Of a DNA stretch of 64,000 nucleotides, positions 1 to 12,624 are shown piece by piece. Origin of the DNA: an uncultured bacterium (GTDB lineage: Bacteria; Fidelibacterota; Marinisomatia; Marinisomatales; UBA1611); contig CAJVZI010000003.1 in NCBI GenBank assembly GCA_913020665.1, positions 6,122 through 70,121 of the forward strand, given 5' to 3'. The notes under the pieces were generated by a model that saw only the letters and a program-made list of their open reading frames with translations, was not told where the DNA came from and did no database searches. A program made the position numbers and the translations under genes. How positions within the stretch are numbered: position 1 is the stretch's first letter; each line of letters begins with the position of its first letter.

Positions 1-1311
1 ATCAATACCAGTCAATATGATGCTCTTTTGAGCAGTGCTGGATCGGTAGGGGGAGCATATACGAACTACGCTATTGATTTCGATGGAAATAACGACTACA
101 TAAGGATCAATAATTCTGGTGATATAAATACAGGTAACAATCATACACAAAAGACGATCGAGGCCTGGTTCAAAGTAGATAATAAAAATATAACATCAAG
201 AAAGCAGACGATATATGAGCAGGGTGGTACTGTAAGAGGTCTAAATATCTATGTATTTGATGGTAAGCTATACGTGGGAGGATGGAACGAACCAGGTGGA
301 GAGAGCAATTGGAACGGAACCTGGCTATCGACCAACTCCATTCAGAGTAATACCTGGCACCACGTCGCACTTACATTAAATGGTGGTAACTCTTTGTCAA
401 ACAATGCATTCAAAGGATACTTGGATGGAACCCAGTTTGGCTCTGGACAAGGATCTAAACTATGGAACCATCCCGGAGATGTAAGTATCGGGCGCAATAG
501 AGATACAAAATTCCATAGCGGGGACTATAGTAGCTCCAGATATTTTGCTGGTCTTATCGATGAGGTCAGATTGTGGAATAGCACAAGGACCCAGTCGCAG
601 ATCGCTGCGAAGAAGGATACGGTCCTAGTGGGTAATGAACCTGGCTTAACAGCATATTATAACTTCCAAGAAAATTCAGGAACCGTTACCAATGATACAC
701 AGACACAATCAAATAATGATGGATCAATAAGGAATGGAGCCTCATGGACGTCGGGCCCAGTGCTTTCAAAAATGAATAGTTCTTCCTTTACCAACAAAAC
801 AATAAATCTCAGTACGTATAGTGAAAGTAAACTATTGGTCAACAGTGACCTTACGATCTCAAACTCCACGATCAATGGTCCAGGATATATTGTGGCCGCT
901 GGTGATATTACCATTAATTCCAACTCGGTCATTAACGGCAATATATATATTGTCTGTAATGGTGATATCAATGTATCTGCCTCCCAACTTGGGACAGGGT
1001 TGACCGCTGCTGTCATCATTTATTCTAAGGGTAATGCAGAATATGAAAATTCAACCGTATATGGTCTCATGGTTTCAAAAGGGAATAGTCTTGAACTAGA
1101 TGGTACCGCACACTATGGAGGGATCTTGAATTATGGTTCTTCTTTTTCTCTAGTGGGAAATAGTGATATTGTTGGTTCAGTTGTTTCTAAATATTCAGTT
1201 GTTTTTCAAGGCAATAACGCTTCTATCACTAGAGGAAATATACCTGAGTTTGCGGGTAAGGATATTGGGCTAGACCCATTTGTATTGCCCGGGTCCTATC
1301 TGGAATTTTAA
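1..1311 (+). CDS. LamG (concanavalin-A-like lectin) domain secreted protein with C-terminal bactofilin-like beta-helix repeats; 5'-partial (frame is open to the window edge)
   Basis: The frame-1 ORF has no stop between nt 1 and 28. It carries a LamG_3-type signature (FDGNNDYIRI ... WHHVALT ... FAGLIDEVRLWNSTRTQSQI). The C-terminal part has repeated short beta-strand units (ITINSNSVINGNIYIVCNGDINV, GNSDIVGSVVS). Confidence 0.6.
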   Translation: MNTSQYDALLSSAGSVGGAYTNYAIDFDGNNDYIRINNSGDINTGNNHTQKTIEAWFKVDNKNITSRKQTIYEQGGTVRGLNIYVFDGKLYVGGWNEPGGESNWNGTWLSTNSIQSNTWHHVALTLNGGNSLSNNAFKGYLDGTQFGSGQGSKLWNHPGDVSIGRNRDTKFHSGDYSSSRYFAGLIDEVRLWNSTRTQSQIAAKKDTVLVGNEPGLTAYYNFQENSGTVTNDTQTQSNNDGSIRNGASWTSGPVLSKMNSSSFTNKTINLSTYSESKLLVNSDLTISNSTINGPGYIVAAGDITINSNSVINGNIYIVCNGDINVSASQLGTGLTAAVIIYSKGNAEYENSTVYGLMVSKGNSLELDGTAHYGGILNYGSSFSLVGNSDIVGSVVSKYSVVFQGNNASITRGNIPEFAGKDIGLDPFVLPGSYLEF

Positions 1312-1372
1312 AAATATTCACATTTATAGAATCATATAACATATATATACCAAATTCAGCATCAATTAAACA

Positions 1373-3385
1373 ATGATACGTAGTATTGTAATAACGATTG
1401 TTTGTACCATGATGTTGAACGGTAAGGAATATGAACCCAGCTGGAACTCTTTGGATTCCCGTCCAACACCACAATGGTTCAAAGATGCAAAGTTTGGGAT
1501 ATTCATTCATTGGGGTCTCTACTCCGTGCCTGCCTGGGGTCCAAAAGGTAGCTATGCTGAGTGGTATCTCAATGGCCTGAACTCTGGAGACAGCTTACGG
1601 CTTACGTACCACGAAGAGAATTATGGTAAAGACTTTCCTTACCGGAAGTTCATTGATCTCTTTGACCCTATCGATTACCAGCCGGATCAATGGGCAGAGT
1701 TGTTCAAACAGTGCGGAGCAAAATACGTAGTGCTTACATCGAAACATCATGATGGATTTTGTCTCTGGCCTAGTGAGCAGAGTAATGGTTATAACTCTGT
1801 GGATGGTGCAGCAAAGAGGGATCTTCTAGGTGATCTGAATACAGCGGTGAAGAATTCTGGTCTTAGATCTGGTTTTTATTACTCTCTCTATGAGTGGGAC
1901 CATCCAGACTACCCTGACAATGTAAACGATTACGTCAATGATCATATGCTTCCGCAGATCAAGGATGCGGTACAGCGTTATAAGCCTGATATTATTTTTT
2001 CTGATGGTGAATGGGACAGAGACAGCAAAGAATGGCGGAGTGAAGAATTCTTGGCCTGGCTTTATAATGATTCAAACGCTCCAGAGGATGTAGTTGTCAA
2101 TGACCGTTGGGGAGGAGAGACCCGTTTTAAGCATGGTGGCTATTATTCTACAGAATATGATCCTGGCTCTGACCAGATCAATGAGGAATTCATTATTCGT
2201 GGCTGGGAAGAGTGCAGAGGCATTGGAAAGTCATTTGGTTATAATCGGAATGAAGGTCCAGAAGATTATAATACATCGGATCAGCTGATCCGTTTGCTAG
2301 TTGATATCGTGAGCCGGGGAGGGAATCTTCTTTTGAATATTGGTCCGAGATCGGATGGAACCATACCAAGGATCATGGTGGACCGTCTTAAAGACATTGG
2401 AGACTGGCTAGATCATAATGGTGAGGCGATCTATGGTACAACCGTCAATAGGGTCACTCGCTCTGGCAAGGTAAAGTTCACTTTATCAAAAGACCGTGGG
2501 TATCTATTTGCATTTATAGAACAGCTGCCCAAGAAAAAGTTAACGATCAAGGGAGTCAATGGGGCTGGAAATGAACTGATCTCTTTACTTGGTAAGAAAA
2601 AGAAATTGAATTGGAGAAATTTTCAAAATAGCCTGGTCATTGATATCCCAGAAGGGCTGCATAGATCACTTGGGAGCTGGCCAGTATATGTTTTGAAGAT
2701 CCCTGTGTTTCCATACCTGGATGATCCATTGGTTGATATCAAATTGGATGAAGGTCATGCAGAGGTCTTCATTTCATCTGATGATGTGTCCGCTGATTAT
2801 AGATATACATTTGGTACTGACCTTGTTGACCCAGCATCATCCAACAGATACAATGGACCCTTTAAGGTCAAAGAGCCTGGTATGCTCAATGTCCAGGCAT
2901 ATGCAAGCGAGAGTCAGCCTAGCAGGGTCGTGAGAACACCCATTAATATTCTTAATACAAATAATGGACTGATCAGAAGAACATTTCAAGGACAATGGGA
3001 GACCTGTTCTGAGATGCTGGACCAATCACCAATTGAGGAAATCATGGTATATGACCTAACGCTTGACCCAAAATTGAAGAATGATTTTGGACATGTTTTT
3101 TCTGGTTTTATCCAAATAGAAAGAGATGGCACTTATGAGTTCCAGACCACATCAGATGATGGATCAGTATTAATGGTCAATGGCTTTCCGATCGTTGATA
3201 ATGATGGACTTCATAGTAGAAAGACCGTTTCTGGCGATATCCCGTTAAAAGTGGGACTTCATAAGTTCGAGGTTCAATATTTTGAAAGAGGCGGCCAAGA
3301 ATCATTGGATGTAAAATGGAGGGGGCCAGGATTTGAATGGGTACCGATCCCCGCATTTAGACTCTTTAGAACCGATGTTCAATAA
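1373..3385 (+). CDS. alpha-L-fucosidase (GH29) with C-terminal PA14 domain
   Basis: The N-terminus shows GH29 hallmarks (WFKDAKFGIFIHWGLYSVPAW, KYVVLTSKHHDGFCLWPS). The C-terminal about 140 aa are PA14-like (GTYEFQTTSDDGSVLMVNG ... VQYFERGGQESLDVKWRGPG). Confidence 0.9.
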   Translation: MIRSIVITIVCTMMLNGKEYEPSWNSLDSRPTPQWFKDAKFGIFIHWGLYSVPAWGPKGSYAEWYLNGLNSGDSLRLTYHEENYGKDFPYRKFIDLFDPIDYQPDQWAELFKQCGAKYVVLTSKHHDGFCLWPSEQSNGYNSVDGAAKRDLLGDLNTAVKNSGLRSGFYYSLYEWDHPDYPDNVNDYVNDHMLPQIKDAVQRYKPDIIFSDGEWDRDSKEWRSEEFLAWLYNDSNAPEDVVVNDRWGGETRFKHGGYYSTEYDPGSDQINEEFIIRGWEECRGIGKSFGYNRNEGPEDYNTSDQLIRLLVDIVSRGGNLLLNIGPRSDGTIPRIMVDRLKDIGDWLDHNGEAIYGTTVNRVTRSGKVKFTLSKDRGYLFAFIEQLPKKKLTIKGVNGAGNELISLLGKKKKLNWRNFQNSLVIDIPEGLHRSLGSWPVYVLKIPVFPYLDDPLVDIKLDEGHAEVFISSDDVSADYRYTFGTDLVDPASSNRYNGPFKVKEPGMLNVQAYASESQPSRVVRTPINILNTNNGLIRRTFQGQWETCSEMLDQSPIEEIMVYDLTLDPKLKNDFGHVFSGFIQIERDGTYEFQTTSDDGSVLMVNGFPIVDNDGLHSRKTVSGDIPLKVGLHKFEVQYFERGGQESLDVKWRGPGFEWVPIPAFRLFRTDVQ

Positions 3386-3405
3386 AAAATTAATAGGAGT
3401 ATATC

Positions 3406-4764
3406 ATGGCTAAGAAGATAAGTCGCAGATCCTTTATAAAAACATCTGTTGCAGCAGGTGGAGCAGCCGCTCTATTACCACAGACCCTTTTATCCTCACG
3501 TATGAAGACCAGAGTAAAATTAGGATTTATTGGTACAGGTCTTCGGGGCCAGTGGATGCTTTGGCTTGCAGCAAAATATCCAGAGGTTGAGATCCCTGCC
3601 ATATGCGATATTGATGAACAGATGATCGCTTCTGCGTTAAAGATCCTTAAAGATGCAGGTAGACCTGAGCCAAGGATATATAAAAAGAATGAAGAAGATT
3701 TCAGGACCATGCTAGATAATGAGACCCTTGATGGTGTTTATATTGCGACCCCTTGGGAGTGGCACCATCCCATGGCCATCGCAGCAATGAATAATGGTAT
3801 TCATGTTGGGACGGAGGTTCCAGCCGCGCTAACAGTGAAAGAATGTTGGGATCTGGTCAATGTGTCAGAAAAGACCAACAAATTTTGCATGATCATGGAG
3901 AATGTATGTTATCGTCGTGATATTATGGCTGTATTGAATATGGTTCGTAAGAATATGTTTGGTGAATTACTACATTGTCAGGGTGGCTACCAGCATGATC
4001 TAAGGCATGTAAAATTCAATGATGGTATCAATCCGTATGGCGGCGGAGTTGAGTTTGGTGAAAAAGGTTTTTCTGAGGCAAAGTGGAGAACACAACACTC
4101 GATCGACCGTAATGGAGATCTTTACCCCACACATGGCCTTGGGCCTGTGAGTCCAATGTTGGACATTAACCGCGGCAATCGCATGTTGCATCTCACATCC
4201 ACAGCAACTCAATCAAGAGGTCTTCATAAATATATTGTAGATAAGGGAGGGAAGGATCATCCCAATGCTGCGATCGATTTTAAGTGTGGAGATATTGTAA
4301 CAACGGTCATTAAATGCGCCCAGGGCCAGACCATTATGCTGAGCCATGACACAAATAGCCCACGCCCTTATTCGTTGAATTTTCGAGTTCAGGGTACTCA
4401 GGGTATTTGGCAAAAAGATGCTCGCTCTATATATATTGAAGGTGTTAGCAAAGAGGAGCATAGATGGGAAGAAGAGGATCAATATCTAGCTGAGTATGAT
4501 CATCCTCTTTGGAAACGTTTCGAAGACCAGGCGGAAGGATCTGGACATGGTGGAATGGATTTTTTTATTTTACGAGCATTCATTGAGGCCTTGAAAGGAG
4601 CGGAACCCATTCTAGATGTTTATGATGCCGCAAGTATGAGTGTGGTCTCTCCTTTGAGTGAAAAATCGATCCGCTTAGGTAGTGCGGCTGTCAAGGTGCC
4701 AGATTTTACTCGTGGGAAATGGAAAGATAATGCTCCTATATTTGGAACAAATGATTATATATAA
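3406..4764 (+). CDS. Gfo/Idh/MocA-family NAD-dependent oxidoreductase with Tat signal, GH109-like (candidate alpha-N-acetylgalactosaminidase)
   Basis: It has a twin-arginine leader (SRRSFIKTSVAAGGAAALL) and a Rossmann motif (KLGFIGTGLRG). Its length and glycosidase neighbours fit the GH109 family. An AGGAG RBS lies upstream. Confidence 0.75.
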   Translation: MAKKISRRSFIKTSVAAGGAAALLPQTLLSSRMKTRVKLGFIGTGLRGQWMLWLAAKYPEVEIPAICDIDEQMIASALKILKDAGRPEPRIYKKNEEDFRTMLDNETLDGVYIATPWEWHHPMAIAAMNNGIHVGTEVPAALTVKECWDLVNVSEKTNKFCMIMENVCYRRDIMAVLNMVRKNMFGELLHCQGGYQHDLRHVKFNDGINPYGGGVEFGEKGFSEAKWRTQHSIDRNGDLYPTHGLGPVSPMLDINRGNRMLHLTSTATQSRGLHKYIVDKGGKDHPNAAIDFKCGDIVTTVIKCAQGQTIMLSHDTNSPRPYSLNFRVQGTQGIWQKDARSIYIEGVSKEEHRWEEEDQYLAEYDHPLWKRFEDQAEGSGHGGMDFFILRAFIEALKGAEPILDVYDAASMSVVSPLSEKSIRLGSAAVKVPDFTRGKWKDNAPIFGTNDYI

Positions 4765-6498
4765 ATGACCTTATCATTCATAGACTGGTGTATTGTCGCT
4801 GCCTATTTTGCTATATCATTGGCTGTAGGGATCTGGGCCTCAAGAAATGCGGGGGATGATACAAGGTCTTTCTTTCTAGCGGGACGGAATATGCCCTGGT
4901 GGCTATTGGGTATTAGCATGGTGGCCACGACCTTTTCAACAGATACACCCAATCTAGTAACAGATCTTGTAAGAAGAGATGGTGTGTCAGGTAACTGGGG
5001 ATGGTGGGCTTTCCTGCTGACAGGAATGCTTACCGTTTTTGTGTATTCTAAGTTATGGCATCGGTCAGGTGTCTTGACCGATATTGAATTCTATGAACTA
5101 AGGTATAGTGGAAAAGCCGCAGCGTTTCTACGGGGGTTTCGTGCTGTATATCTGGGTCTGGTCTTTAATGTTTTGGTCATGGGAGCCGTGAGTCTTGCTG
5201 CTATAAAATTTGGTGAGATCGTACTTGGTTTGCCTGGATGGTTAACATTACTGATCGCCGGTTCTATTACGATCGCATATTCTACTTTGGGCGGTTTAAA
5301 GGCCGTGATCATCACAGACCTTATTCAATTTACCTTAGCTATGATCGGCTCTATTTGGGCTATGTTATATATACTGGGCCTTCCTGAGATCGGAGGGCTT
5401 AGTAATCTCATAACCCATTCAAATGTCATTGATAAACTTTCTCTCATTCCAGACCTATCCGACCCTGATGTATGGGTTCCTGTATTATTGGTACCGCTTG
5501 CGGTACAGTGGTGGGCCAGTTATTATCCTGGGGCTGAACCTGGAGGAGGTGGATATATTGCTCAGCGTATGTTCTCAGCAAAGGATGAAGCCAATGCCTT
5601 GGGTGCGACCCTTCTATTCAATGTGGCACATTATGCATTGAGGCCATGGCCATGGATCCTGATCGCGCTTTCTTCATTGGTCATTTATCCTGAGCTGTCA
5701 GATATACAAAAAGCATTTCCAGATCTGCCACCAGATAAGCTAGGCCATGATATCGCCTACCCGGCAATGCTTACTTTATTACCTACAGGCCTTCTTGGTT
5801 TGGTATCCGCGTCCTTGATCGCTGCTTTCATGAGTACCATGTCTACTCAATTGAATCTAGGAGCAAGCTACCTTGTGAATGATCTGCACCATCGTTTTAT
5901 AAAGCCCAATGCATCTGAAAAAGAATTGGTCATGATGGGCAGGATCTTTACTGTTATATCGATCATCCTTGGTGCTGGCCTTGGGCTAGTACTTACCAGT
6001 GCCGGGCAGGCATTTAATTTATTGCTCATGATCGGTGCGGGCACAGGCCTTATATACATTCTCCGCTGGTTCTGGTGGAGGATCAATGCTTATACGGAGA
6101 TCGTTGCTATGATCAGTTCTCTCATTATAGCAGGCTATATGAATTTTGGAGGCCTGGAGATTCCTGGTTGGTTAAAGATCGTGTATGGTGCAGGCATCAC
6201 TACAATAGTATGGATCATTGCCACGTATGTCACGCCACCTGATGATGATGAGACCTTACAGAATTTTGTGAATAAGATCAATCCAGGAGGCCCTGGTTGG
6301 AAAAAATATTCGAGTAGCGTAGCGAGTGAAACTTGGGAGGTTCCTAAAGGTATCTTGTCAATGGTATTGGGATGCTTTTCAGTTTATGGTCTTCTATTGG
6401 GCGTTGGACAATTGATCTATGGAAATTTTTATCCCGGGATCCTTATCTGTGGTTTTGGCTTGATCGCTTCAATTGGGCTAATAAAGATTTGGAAATAA
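4765..6498 (+). CDS. sodium:solute symporter (SSS family) transporter
   Basis: The protein is multi-pass hydrophobic with an SSS-type N-terminus (FFLAGRNMPWWLLGISMVATTFSTDTP) and a GGLKAVIITD motif. Its ATG immediately follows the upstream stop codon. Confidence 0.85.
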   Translation: MTLSFIDWCIVAAYFAISLAVGIWASRNAGDDTRSFFLAGRNMPWWLLGISMVATTFSTDTPNLVTDLVRRDGVSGNWGWWAFLLTGMLTVFVYSKLWHRSGVLTDIEFYELRYSGKAAAFLRGFRAVYLGLVFNVLVMGAVSLAAIKFGEIVLGLPGWLTLLIAGSITIAYSTLGGLKAVIITDLIQFTLAMIGSIWAMLYILGLPEIGGLSNLITHSNVIDKLSLIPDLSDPDVWVPVLLVPLAVQWWASYYPGAEPGGGGYIAQRMFSAKDEANALGATLLFNVAHYALRPWPWILIALSSLVIYPELSDIQKAFPDLPPDKLGHDIAYPAMLTLLPTGLLGLVSASLIAAFMSTMSTQLNLGASYLVNDLHHRFIKPNASEKELVMMGRIFTVISIILGAGLGLVLTSAGQAFNLLLMIGAGTGLIYILRWFWWRINAYTEIVAMISSLIIAGYMNFGGLEIPGWLKIVYGAGITTIVWIIATYVTPPDDDETLQNFVNKINPGGPGWKKYSSSVASETWEVPKGILSMVLGCFSVYGLLLGVGQLIYGNFYPGILICGFGLIASIGLIKIWK

Positions 6499-7541
6499 CC
6501 ACGCCAGGGAGAGTATGTCTTTTCGGCGAGCACCAGGATTACCTTGGCCTACCGGTCATTGCAATGGCAATATCCTTAAGAGCAAATATGTCAGGAGAGA
6601 AGCGATCGGATCGACAGGTTATCATTCACAAACCTGACATAGGCGAGGTCGAGACTTTTTCACTTGATGATCTTAGCTATAATAAGCCAAGGGATTATTT
6701 TAAAAGCGCTATCAATATCTGCCATGCTGAGGGATTAAGATTTTCATATGGATTCGAATGTGAGATAAAAAGCAGCATCCCCATTAAAGCAGGTACCAGT
6801 AGTTCATCCGCAATTACTGTAAGCTGGATACACTTTTTATCGCTGATGGCAGATGAGAAAGTGAGCTGGGATAAACAGAAAATAGGAGAACTCGCTTATA
6901 AGGCAGAGGTAACCGAGTTTCAAGAACCAGGCGGAATGATGGACCAGTACAGTACTGCAATTGGGGACCTATTATATATTGCATCAGAGCCTTCCATGGA
7001 TATCCAACCTTTGGATGCATCGCTTGGTAGTTTTGTCCTAGGAGATTCTAAAGAACCGAAAGAAACACTAGAGATACTTAAAAAATGCCGGGATGTAAGA
7101 CTGGAATTATTTAATACTATCCGTTTAAAAAATGAGGCCTTTGACCTTCATTCGTATGATATGGACCTAGATCTTTCTGGCCTTGACCATGAAGAAAGAA
7201 ACTTATTCCATGGGACCATAAGAAATAGAGATATTTTAATAAAGGCACGTTCAGAATTGAATAAGAGTAGCCCTGACCATCAACTTATAGGCTCCCTTTT
7301 AAATGATCATCATGCTATTCTAAGAGACCATCTACATGTAAGCACTACCAAGATAGAAGCGATGTTGAGCTCTGCGATCAATGCAGGTGCTTTTGGTGGA
7401 AAGATCAATGGTTCAGGCGGCGGTGGATGTATGTTTGCATATGCTCCAGAAGACCCGGAGTCTGTTGCGCGTGCAATAGAATCAGTTGGTGGAAAAGCGT
7501 ATATAATATATGCTGATGATGGAACAAAGGCCTTAACTTGA
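6489..7541 (+). CDS. GHMP-family anomeric sugar kinase (galactokinase-like)
   Basis: It carries the galactokinase-type motif TPGRVCLFGEHQDY, GHMP motif II (PIKAGTSSSSA) and motif III (GSGGGGCMF). I place the start at the in-frame TTG at 6489. The ORF-track start at 6372 would overlap the symporter by 127 nt and adds non-homologous residues. Confidence 0.8.
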   Translation: MEITTPGRVCLFGEHQDYLGLPVIAMAISLRANMSGEKRSDRQVIIHKPDIGEVETFSLDDLSYNKPRDYFKSAINICHAEGLRFSYGFECEIKSSIPIKAGTSSSSAITVSWIHFLSLMADEKVSWDKQKIGELAYKAEVTEFQEPGGMMDQYSTAIGDLLYIASEPSMDIQPLDASLGSFVLGDSKEPKETLEILKKCRDVRLELFNTIRLKNEAFDLHSYDMDLDLSGLDHEERNLFHGTIRNRDILIKARSELNKSSPDHQLIGSLLNDHHAILRDHLHVSTTKIEAMLSSAINAGAFGGKINGSGGGGCMFAYAPEDPESVARAIESVGGKAYIIYADDGTKALT

Positions 7542-7559
7542 AGAAGAAAATTTGATAGG

Positions 7560-8447
7560 TTGATAATGAAGGATATAACACTTTTGATCATGGCAGCAGG
7601 GATGGGTTCCAGATATGGAGGACTAAAACAATTGGACCCAGTAGGTCCAAGCGGAGAGACCATTATTGATTATTCTGTATATGATGCCATACGTTCCGGT
7701 TTCAATAAGATCGTATTTATAATACGAAAGGACTTTGAAAAAGAATTCAGGTCTCAGATCACCGATAAATACCAAGATAGGATCAAGGTTGAATTTGCAT
7801 TTCAGGACCTGAACGACCTGCCTCAAGGATTTACTTGCCCTGAAGGCAGGATAAAACCCTGGGGTACCGGGCATGCTATTTTGACTGCTTCCGAACTGAT
7901 CCAGGAACCATTTGTAGCTATAAATGGTGATGACTTTTATGGCTATGAATCATTTAAGATCGTAGCTGATTATTACCAAGGTGAAGGTGCAACCTTCTCT
8001 ATGGTAGCATTTCAATTAGATAAAACACTTTCTGAATTTGGAGGGGTGACCCGTGGCCTATGTACTGTGAGAACAGACTTATTGGATACAGTGGTTGAGA
8101 CTGGTGACCTGATGCGAACAGAGGATGGAATATCTTCAGATCGTGATATAGAATTAGATGGGAGCGAGCCCGTATCAATGAATGTGTGGGGTTTTACTCC
8201 CGATCTGTTCAAGCATCTAAAGGCCATGTTCATTGATTTTCTTGATAAAGAGGGTAGTGAAATGAAGAGTGAATATCTTATCCCAACAGTGGTCAATAAC
8301 TTGATACGATCAGGCCAAAAGCAGGTACATGTTCTTCGTACCAGTTCAAAGTGGTTTGGGGTGACATATAAAGAAGATAAGCCATTTGTTAGTCAACAGA
8401 TCCAAGAGCTCATTGACGATGATACTTATCCAAAACAATTATTTTAA
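7560..8447 (+). CDS. sugar-1-phosphate nucleotidyltransferase (NTP_transferase fold)
   Basis: The N-terminus has the pyrophosphorylase glycine-rich loop (LIMAAGMGSRYGGLKQLDPVG) and an NGDDFYG motif. An alternative ATG lies at 7566. Confidence 0.75.
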   Translation: MIMKDITLLIMAAGMGSRYGGLKQLDPVGPSGETIIDYSVYDAIRSGFNKIVFIIRKDFEKEFRSQITDKYQDRIKVEFAFQDLNDLPQGFTCPEGRIKPWGTGHAILTASELIQEPFVAINGDDFYGYESFKIVADYYQGEGATFSMVAFQLDKTLSEFGGVTRGLCTVRTDLLDTVVETGDLMRTEDGISSDRDIELDGSEPVSMNVWGFTPDLFKHLKAMFIDFLDKEGSEMKSEYLIPTVVNNLIRSGQKQVHVLRTSSKWFGVTYKEDKPFVSQQIQELIDDDTYPKQLF

Positions 8448-11675
<3,228 letters not shown>

Positions 11676-11704
11676 TAGAATGTATGTTATAAAGATTATA
11701 TACG

Positions 11705-12529
11705 TTGAAGATATCGGTCATTATTCCTACATATAATAGGAGGCATACCCTAGAAAGAGCTATTGATTCTGTTCTATCTCAAACATTCAAACCATTTGAG
11801 ATCATTATAGTAGATGATGGATCTGAGGATGGAACAAGGAACTGGCTACAAGAAGCATATCCGTCTATCAAAACTATTTATCAACCGAATAATGGTGTGA
11901 GCTCAGCCAGAAATAAAGGGATTAGATCATCTAGTGGTTCTTGGATAGCACTTTTGGATTCTGACGATGAATGGATGCCTGAAAAATTAGAAGATCAAGT
12001 TATATTCATTAATGAAAATCCTGGCTCATTATTTTGTCATACGAATGAGATCTGGATTAGAAATGGTGTTCGTGTAAATCAAATGAAGAAACACAAAAAA
12101 TATGGGGGTGATATATTTAAGTATTGCTTAGATATGTGCAGGATCTCTCCCTCTTCTTCATTGATAAAGAAAGAAGTGTTTGAAGATGTAGGTCTATTTG
12201 ACGAATCACTGACCGTTTGTGAGGATTATGATCTTTGGCTACGGATAACAGCAAATTATACTATTCTATTTTTAGATAGACCATTGATCAAAAAATATGG
12301 TGGTCATGCTGATCAATTATCAAGGGTTCCTGAGGGTATAGAACAGTATCGTATCCAGTCTTTAGAAAAAATATTATCAATGAGCATACTTGATCAAGAC
12401 CAGTTCCTTTCTGCAAAAGATATGTTGATCCATAAGCTAAAGATATATTCTCAAGGGTTGAAAAAAAGGAATAGGTCTAAGGAATTTATATCTATAGAAA
12501 AAAAGATAGAGGATTGGCTTATTATATAA
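11705..12529 (+). CDS. glycosyltransferase family 2
   Basis: The N-terminus has the GT2 signature ISVIIPTYNRRHTLERAIDSVLSQTF ... IIVDDGSEDGT, followed by LDSDDEW (DxD). Confidence 0.85.
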   Translation: MKISVIIPTYNRRHTLERAIDSVLSQTFKPFEIIIVDDGSEDGTRNWLQEAYPSIKTIYQPNNGVSSARNKGIRSSSGSWIALLDSDDEWMPEKLEDQVIFINENPGSLFCHTNEIWIRNGVRVNQMKKHKKYGGDIFKYCLDMCRISPSSSLIKKEVFEDVGLFDESLTVCEDYDLWLRITANYTILFLDRPLIKKYGGHADQLSRVPEGIEQYRIQSLEKILSMSILDQDQFLSAKDMLIHKLKIYSQGLKKRNRSKEFISIEKKIEDWLII

Positions 12530-12624
12530 AACTTGAACTAGATTCTGAGGCTAAGTAGTGATATGAGTTCTTTGTTCGTATAGAACGTATTATGTATATG
12601 TAGCGCACTTAGGTGTATTAAAAA

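Noticed and set aside
6372-6488. The ORF-track start of the GHMP kinase at 6372, which overlaps the symporter gene by 127 nt.
   Set aside because: The added residues (MLFSLWSSIGRWTIDLWKF...) are the out-of-frame reading of the transporter C-terminus. The kinase homology begins at TPGRVCLFGEH, and an in-frame TTG at 6489 gives a normal short overlap.
12609-12620. A 10-nt match (ACTTAGGTGT) to the reverse complement of ACACCTAAGT near 32625.
   Set aside because: A single 10-mer match between two sites is expected by chance among all pairs in 64 kb on both strands. There is no extended similarity around it.
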